From Delftia acidovorans NBRC 14950 (GTDB lineage: Bacteria; Pseudomonadota; Gammaproteobacteria; Burkholderiales; Burkholderiaceae_C), in contig NZ_BCZP01000011.1 in assembly GCF_001598795.1 (NCBI RefSeq), positions 150,001 through 182,000 of the forward strand: 32,000 nt of DNA, read 5' to 3'. Position numbers and translations under genes: made by a program. Below are positions 25,011-32,000 of this stretch, piece after piece. Position 1 is the stretch's first letter; the number at the start of each line of letters is the position of its first letter. Below the pieces are notes generated by a model that was not told the origin of the DNA, did not search any database, and was given only the letters and a program-made list of their open reading frames with translations.

Positions 25011-26870
25011 TCAGTCGTCCAGCAGGGACAGGTCGCGCACGGCGCCCTTGTCGGCCGACATCACCAGCTTGGCATAGGCCTTGAGCGCAGCCGAGACCTT
25101 GCGCGGGCGCGGCTCGGCGGGCTTCCAGCCCTTGGCATCCTGCTCCGCACGGCGGCGGGCCAGCTCCTCGTCGGAGACCAGCACGTTGATGCTGCGGTTG
25201 GGAATGTCGATGCGGATGCGGTCGCCGTTGCGCACCAGGCCGATGGCGCCGCCAGCGGCAGCTTCCGGCGAGCAGTGGCCGATGGACAAGCCCGAGGTGC
25301 CGCCCGAGAAGCGTCCGTCGGTCAGCAGTGCGCACTCCTTGCCCAGGCCCTTGGACTTGATGTAGCTGGTCGGGTAGAGCATTTCCTGCATGCCGGGGCC
25401 GCCCTTGGGACCTTCATAGCGCACGACGACGATGTCGCCGGCCTTGACCTTGTCGTCCAGGATGTTCTGCACGGCCTCGTCCTGCGACTCGGTCACGTGG
25501 GCCGTGCCTTCGAACACATGGATGCTTTCGTCCACGCCGGCCGACTTGACCACGCAGCCGTCCAGGGCGATGTTGCCCGTCAGCACGGCCAGGCCACCTT
25601 CCTTGGAGAAGGCGTGCTCGTAGGAGCGGATGCAGCCTTCTGCACGGTCCAGGTCCAGGCTGGGCCAACGCGTGTTCTGGCTGAAGGCCACCTGGGTGGG
25701 AATGCCGGCCGGGCCTGCCAGGTAGAAGTGCCTGACGGCCTCGTCCTGGGTGGTGGTGATGTCCCACTGCGCCAGGCCTTCGCCCAGGGTCTTGGCGTGC
25801 ACGGTGGGCACGTCGGTGTGCAGCTTGCCCGCGCGGGCCAGCTCGCCGAGGATGGCGAAGATGCCGCCGGCGCGGTGCACATCCTCGATGTGGTATTTCT
25901 GCGTGTTGGGCGCCACCTTGCACAGCTGGGGCACGGAGCGCGAGAGGCGGTCGATGTCGGCCATGGTGAAGTCGATCTCGGCTTCACGGGCAATGGCCAG
26001 CAGGTGCAGGATGGTGTTGGTGGAGCCGCCCATGGCGATGTCCAGCGTCATTGCGTTCTCGAAGGCCTTGAAGCCCACGGAGCGCGGCAGCACGGAGGCG
26101 TCTTCCTGCTCGTAGTACTCGCGGGCCAGCTCGACGATGCGGCGGCCGGCGCGCTTGAACAGTTCCTCGCGGTCGGCATGCGTGGCCAGCACCGTGCCGT
26201 TGCCGGGCAGGGACAGGCCCAGCGCCTCGGTCAGGCAGTTCATGGAGTTGGCGGTGAACATGCCCGAGCAGGAACCGCAGGTCGGGCAGGCCGAGCGCTC
26301 GACCTGGGCGACCTGCTCGTCGGTGTAGTTGGAGTCGGCCGCGATCACCATGGCATCGACCAGGTCCAGCTTCTTGAACTCCAGCTTGTGCGTGTTGGGA
26401 TTGGCCAGCTTGGTCTTGCCCGCTTCCATGGGGCCGCCGGAGACGAAGATCACCGGAATGTTCAGCCGCATGGCGGCCATCAGCATGCCGGGGGTGATCT
26501 TGTCGCAGTTGGAGATGCACACCAGCGCGTCGGCGCAGTGGGCGTTGACCATGTACTCCACCGAGTCCGCGATGATGTCGCGGCTGGGCAGCGAATACAG
26601 CATGCCGTCGTGGCCCATGGCGATGCCGTCGTCCACGGCGATGGTGTTGAATTCCTTGGCCACGCCGCCTGCGGCCTCGATCTCGCGCGCCACCAGCTGG
26701 CCCAGGTCCTTGAGGTGGACGTGGCCCGGAACGAACTGCGTGAAGGAGTTGGCGATGGCGATGATGGGCTTGTCGAAGTCGCCATCCTTCATGCCGGTGG
26801 CACGCCACAGGGCGCGCGCACCGGCCATGTTGCGGCCGCCGGTGGAAGTCTTGGAACGGTATGCGGGCAT
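25011..26870 (-). CDS. ilvD: Dihydroxy-acid dehydratase
   Basis: Starts [57 protein letters not shown] and contains [27 protein letters not shown]. It looks near-collinear with E. coli IlvD. The 680-aa track ORF was trimmed to ATG 26870. Confidence 0.95.
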   Translation of the reverse strand: MPAYRSKTSTGGRNMAGARALWRATGMKDGDFDKPIIAIANSFTQFVPGHVHLKDLGQLVAREIEAAGGVAKEFNTIAVDDGIAMGHDGMLYSLPSRDIIADSVEYMVNAHCADALVCISNCDKITPGMLMAAMRLNIPVIFVSGGPMEAGKTKLANPNTHKLEFKKLDLVDAMVIAADSNYTDEQVAQVERSACPTCGSCSGMFTANSMNCLTEALGLSLPGNGTVLATHADREELFKRAGRRIVELAREYYEQEDASVLPRSVGFKAFENAMTLDIAMGGSTNTILHLLAIAREAEIDFTMADIDRLSRSVPQLCKVAPNTQKYHIEDVHRAGGIFAILGELARAGKLHTDVPTVHAKTLGEGLAQWDITTTQDEAVRHFYLAGPAGIPTQVAFSQNTRWPSLDLDRAEGCIRSYEHAFSKEGGLAVLTGNIALDGCVVKSAGVDESIHVFEGTAHVTESQDEAVQNILDDKVKAGDIVVVRYEGPKGGPGMQEMLYPTSYIKSKGLGKECALLTDGRFSGGTSGLSIGHCSPEAAAGGAIGLVRNGDRIRIDIPNRSINVLVSDEELARRRAEQDAKGWKPAEPRPRKVSAALKAYAKLVMSADKGAVRDLSLLDD

Positions 26871-27059
26871 GGGGAATCCAGTTGTCTGTCGTCTCGGTCC
26901 ATCCCTGGTCCTGTGGGGAAGGCCAGGGTCTGGGCGAAGATTATGGCGCAGCGCCCGCCGCACCGCTGGGGCACAGGAATGCCCCGGCCGGCATGGGCTG
27001 CCCCTTTGCAGACCCCAGGCATCGCCTGCGGCGAAGCCTGCGCCGCCGTTCAAGGCCCC

Positions 27060-27302
27060 TCAGCGGCGCGAACGCGTGCCCGTGCCCATGGCTTCCTTGT
27101 TCTTTTCGATGCGCTTCAAGCGCCGCTGCTCGATCTTGTCGGCCGCGCGCCGCTTGGTGTAGCCAGAGGTGTCGGCCCAGGCCCACCAGGCTGCCGTCAC
27201 GCCATAGGCGCCCAGGATGACGTACCAGGACCAGGAGGCCACAGGCTCGATATCGGCCAACTTCAGCAGGGTGAGCAGGACCGCGATTCCCAACAGATAC
27301 AT
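27060..27302 (-). CDS. Small Trp-rich membrane protein (TIGR04438-like), 80 aa
   Basis: Sequence is [70 protein letters not shown]. It has two TM segments, the WWAWAD motif and a basic tail. Confidence 0.7.
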   Translation of the reverse strand: MYLLGIAVLLTLLKLADIEPVASWSWYVILGAYGVTAAWWAWADTSGYTKRRAADKIEQRRLKRIEKNKEAMGTGTRSRR

Positions 27303-27405
27303 AACTTCTCCTTCACCAGACGGTGCTTCACACGAGGTAACGCATCAGGCATGCGCGCCCACTACAATGTTTCGCATAATTATTCCCGACAACCCCCAGG
27401 AACTC

Positions 27406-27714
27406 ATGATGAAGCAGACATTGATCGCATTGGCCTTGACCGTCGTCACCGTGGCTCCCGCCATGGCCGACCAGGCTCTTGCCGCCTCCAAGAACTGCAT
27501 GGCCTGCCACGCCGTGGACAAGAAGCTGGTGGGCCCGTCCTATAAGGATGTGGCCTCCAAGTACGCGGGCCAGAAGGACGCGGTGGACAAGCTGGCCGCC
27601 AAGATCATGAAGGGCGGCAGCGGCGTCTGGGGCCCGGTTCCCATGCCCGCCAACCCCCAGGTCAACGATGCCGACGCCAAGAAGCTGGCCGCCTGGGTGC
27701 TGTCGCTGAAGTAA
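27406..27714 (+). CDS. Class I cytochrome c, c551/c8 type
   Basis: Signal peptide [21 protein letters not shown] is followed by [27 protein letters not shown] and [13 protein letters not shown], which closely resembles Pseudomonas c551. AGGA RBS before ATG 27406. Confidence 0.9.
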   Translation: MMKQTLIALALTVVTVAPAMADQALAASKNCMACHAVDKKLVGPSYKDVASKYAGQKDAVDKLAAKIMKGGSGVWGPVPMPANPQVNDADAKKLAAWVLSLK

Positions 27715-27748
27715 GTTCCGCCGGCCTCCCGCCTCGGGGCCCGCAACG

Positions 27749-27784
27749 AAAAAAACCGCGCAACGCAAGTCGCGCGGTTTTTTT
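27749..27784. terminator. Bidirectional rho-independent terminator between the cytochrome c gene and the convergent membrane-protein gene
   Basis: A7-CCGCGC-(10-nt loop)-GCGCGG-T7. Confidence 0.85.
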
Positions 27785-27817
27785 CATGGTCCGCCCATAA
27801 ATCCGGGCGCGGGCCGC

Positions 27818-28300
27818 CTACCTGTAGTCCGGAGCGCCTGCGCCGGGCTGCTGGTACAGGCGAACCTGCTGCTCCAGCTGCCCCACATAGGCGGCCGTGC
27901 TGTTGTCCGACTCCTGGGCACGCTGCACCAGATGGGCCTCCAGCCCGTCCAGCCGCGCCATCAGCACTTCCTTGTCACGCGCATGCAGGTCCTCCAGCAC
28001 GGTGCGCAGCTCGGTAAAACGCGAGGCCTCGGCCTTGTCGGCCAGGTCCCGCTGGGCCTGCATTTCCTTGGCGTGGCGGCGCGCCTCCATCAGTACCGAG
28101 CCCTGCAGCCACAGCACATAGGCGACGAAGAACACGCCCAGCAGGCAGGTCAGGGCCAGCATCAGCACGCCCAGCGGCGCCTGGACGTCGGTTACGCCCA
28201 GCGACACGACGGACGGCGCGGCCAGCGTGTTCCAGTTGAATGCCGCCAGCAGCGCAATCAGGGCCACGGTGATCAGCAGCGACAGGGTTCTCAGATTCAT
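27818..28300 (-). CDS. Inner-membrane protein with two N-terminal TM helices and a C-terminal coiled coil (LapA/DUF1049-like)
   Basis: Starts MNLRTLSLLITVALIALLAAFNW and contains LGVLMLALTCLLGVFFVAYVLWL, followed by a heptad-like charged region. The family assignment is tentative. Confidence 0.55.
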   Translation of the reverse strand: MNLRTLSLLITVALIALLAAFNWNTLAAPSVVSLGVTDVQAPLGVLMLALTCLLGVFFVAYVLWLQGSVLMEARRHAKEMQAQRDLADKAEASRFTELRTVLEDLHARDKEVLMARLDGLEAHLVQRAQESDNSTAAYVGQLEQQVRLYQQPGAGAPDYR

Positions 28301-28426
28301 GGTGAAAGGCCTCCCTCGGCAGTGGTGAAAGCAACAGCTTCGGTTGTACTGCAACCATCATGCCTGAGCTGTCGGCCCACACAAAATAGGACTGCAAGAC
28401 AGGGCGCCGCCCGCAGTCCAGCCAAG

Positions 28427-28452
28427 AAAAAACCGGAGCCAGGGCTCCGGTT
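28427..28452 (-). terminator. Rho-independent terminator after acs
   Basis: Minus strand reads AACCGGAGC-CCTG-GCTCCGGTT followed by TTTTTC. A second hairpin, GGACTGC..GCAGTCC followed by TATTTTGT, lies at 28389..28419. Confidence 0.8.
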
Positions 28453-28475
28453 CTTCATGGCGGTCGTGTCGGACC

Positions 28476-30476
<2,001 letters not shown>

Positions 30477-30707
30477 GCTTGCTTGTCTCCTGGGCTGGCC
30501 AAATAAAAATTGTGGTGTGACTGTCGGGGGCCGGTCTTACATGCCACTGACTGAAACCCCCTTGGGCGCGTCTACCTGGGGATTCCCCGCAGTTCCCGGC
30601 TGTCACTGGCAATGGCCTGTTTCGCCGCTAAAATCGCGCGCCCGTTTTCCACGGCCATTGTCCCCTCCCATCCACGCTCCCACACCAGACAAGCGCGACC
30701 GACCACC

Positions 30708-31316
30708 ATGGCCCGCCAGCAAAACTCCAATCGAGCCCCCGGCTCCCCCCTGCGTCCCCTGCCTTCCCTGATCTTCGCCAGCCGCTGGCTGCAGCTGCCG
30801 CTGTACCTGGGCCTGATTGCCGCCCAGGGCGTCTATGTATGGCACTTCCTGCTCGAGTTGTGGCACCTGATCGAGGCCGCCTTCGGCAACCAGGAAGCGC
30901 TGCAGGCGCTGATCACCAGCATCGGCTACAAGCACGATGCGCCCATCGGCGCGCTCAACGAAACCATCATCATGCTGGTGGTCCTGGCGCTGATCGACGT
31001 GGTGATGATCTCCAACCTGCTGATCATGGTCATCGTGGGCGGCTACGAGACCTTCGTCAGCCGCCTGGGCCTGGACAGCCACCCCGACCAGCCCGAGTGG
31101 CTGGGCCACGTGAACGCCTCCATCCTCAAGGTCAAGCTGGCCCTGTCCATCATCGGCATCAGCTCCATCCACCTGCTCAAGACCTTCATCAACGCGGGCA
31201 GCTACGACGTCAAGGTGCTGATGTGGCAGACCATCATCCACGTCACCTTCCTGGCCAGCGCCCTGGCCATCGCCTATACCGACAAGCTGATTAACAGCAC
31301 GGCCAGCAACCACTGA
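30708..31316 (+). CDS. yqhA: UPF0114 family inner-membrane protein (YqhA-like)
   Basis: Contains ASRWLQLPLYLGL, GGYETFVSRL, WLGHVNASILKVKLALSIIGISSIHLLKTF, and MWQTIIHVTFLASA, which resembles E. coli YqhA. The track start at 30612 was trimmed to ATG 30708 (MARQQNS). Confidence 0.8.
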   Translation: MARQQNSNRAPGSPLRPLPSLIFASRWLQLPLYLGLIAAQGVYVWHFLLELWHLIEAAFGNQEALQALITSIGYKHDAPIGALNETIIMLVVLALIDVVMISNLLIMVIVGGYETFVSRLGLDSHPDQPEWLGHVNASILKVKLALSIIGISSIHLLKTFINAGSYDVKVLMWQTIIHVTFLASALAIAYTDKLINSTASNH

Positions 31317-31337
31317 GCCCGTCGGCATCCCGCACCG

Positions 31338-31372
31338 AAGCCCCGCAGCGCCAGCCGCTGCGGGGCTTTTTT
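31338..31372 (+). terminator. Rho-independent terminator after the yqhA-like gene
   Basis: GCCCCGCAGCG-CCAGC-CGCTGCGGGGC followed by TTTTTT. Confidence 0.9.
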
Positions 31373-31625
31373 CATGGACGGAAGCGGACGACGGGTCGGA
31401 CACCTGCTGGCGCCCGGCCGGCCAGCGCCCCAGGCACGCTTTTTGCCGCAGATCGGACCTGAAGCTTTCCTCAAGCTGACGCTTGACCGATTTTATTCAT
31501 CGATGACAGCATATGCCTTGTGAATAATGGCTCATCCGCTCTCATTAAGTGAGCAAATACTGACCGGATTCCAGCCCCCAAGGGCTTGAAACAGCCCAAA
31601 ACAGGCCTTCTTCGGCTCATGCGTT

Positions 31626-31654
31626 TTGACGCAGTAAAACCTGTTTTATATAAT
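31626..31654 (+). promoter_or_regulatory. Near-consensus sigma70 promoter TTGACG-N17-TATAAT
   Basis: The -35 TTGACG is at 31626..31631 and the -10 TATAAT at 31649..31654, with an exact 17-bp spacer. It sits at the end of an AT-rich island (about 31480-31660). Confidence 0.7.
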
Positions 31655-32000
31655 TTCGGCTTCTTTACAACCTGCCAAGCAGGTCATCGGCACCGTCTTC
31701 ACGGCCTGCCGATACACCCCGGCGGATCGTTGTGCTCCCGGCACAGCCCCGTCAACCGGGCCGAAACTCGGTCCTGATGTTGTGGGGCATCGCGCTGGCT
31801 GATCTTCAGCCACGATGCCCGACTGAGACACCGCGCGCCTCGCCGCCGGCTGCTCTCGACTTCTGGCTCTTGCGCACCGCTTCGCGTGCCATCCGAGCCG
31901 CCTCGGGTGCTTTCGCACCTGTTTGAATCCCAGCAACGGGGGACGGCAGTCCTCTGCAGCGAACGGCATCAGGGCTTCATTTTTGGCTTGCGCGCCAGCG
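31655..32000 (+). ncRNA. Candidate structured RNA: long 5' leader, riboswitch or sRNA, unclassified; continues past the window end
   Basis: No SD-preceded ORF is present. Consecutive perfect hairpins occur at these positions:
- ACCTGC-caa-GCAGGT (31670..31684).
- ATCGGCA[CCGT-cttc-ACGG]ccTGCCGAT (31686..31713).
- TGTGC-tcccg-GCACA (31731..31745).
- GGGCATCG-cgc-TGGCTGA-tct-TCAGCCA-CGATGCCC (31785..31820).
- CCGAG-ccgc-CTCGG (31893..31906).
- GGTGC-tttc-GCACC followed by TGTTTG (31906..31925). Confidence 0.35.

Noticed and set aside
31646-31969. A minus-strand 107-aa ORF (open to the window edge) and a plus-strand 64-aa ORF at 31732..31926, considered as genes explaining the right-end region.
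   Set aside because: Both translations are Arg/Pro/Cys/Ala-rich without motifs, and neither has an SD. They overlap each other across the hairpin-rich segment. I cannot fully exclude a gene entering from beyond nt 32000.
31655-32000. TPP riboswitch (a CTGAGA motif at 31822..31827) or cobalamin riboswitch (AGCCAC at 31808..31813).
   Set aside because: The other obligatory conserved elements are absent. For TPP these are ACCTGATCTGGATAATGCCAGCG. For cobalamin they are the GGGAA..GGTG core and the full B12 box. The isolated hexamers are probably chance matches.

Overview
This is a high-GC chromosomal segment with nearly all genes on the minus strand. It looks betaproteobacterial and Comamonadaceae-like. 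That is an inference from protein signatures, such as the two Bug/TctC solute receptors, and cannot be verified without a database.

Gene content, left to right:
- cbb3 oxidase locus ccoI-ccoS-ccoNOQP, with ccoP cut by the window edge and two FNR/Anr boxes.
- A universal stress protein gene that shares one of those FNR boxes.
- A GntR-associated acyl-CoA cluster: atypical crotonase-fold protein, TctC-type receptor, family III CoA-transferase and MatB-like malonyl-CoA synthetase.
- A phytase-like lipoprotein and a second TctC receptor.
- A malonyl-CoA decarboxylase gene bracketed by terminators, then lgt.
- A hydroxycinnamate (ferulate/p-coumarate type) cluster: HCHL-type hydratase/lyase, ADP-forming FerA-type acyl-CoA synthetase, MFS transporter, about 600-aa acyl-CoA dehydrogenase and a MarR regulator.
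- A bacterioferritin-like gene, ilvD, a small Trp-rich protein, a cytochrome c551-type gene, a LapA-like membrane protein, acs and yqhA (UPF0114).

I found no rRNA, tRNA, CRISPR array, transposase, integrase or recognisable defence genes. I cannot honestly claim a novel system here.

The items most worth a second look:
- A consensus sigma70 promoter firing into at least 340 nt of hairpin-dense, ORF-poor sequence at the right edge.
- A roughly 90-bp structured intergenic repeat family (three copies) that shows compensatory changes.
- A single FNR box placed symmetrically between two divergent promoters.
- The FerA-type/HCHL hydroxycinnamate cluster and its internal punctuation.
- The malonate-like CoA cluster with a crotonase that lacks the hydratase glutamates.
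- Three tandem 25-bp repeats in the bfr 3' region.

Many long ORFs in the supplied track are antisense or frame-fused high-GC artefacts. I trimmed or rejected them.
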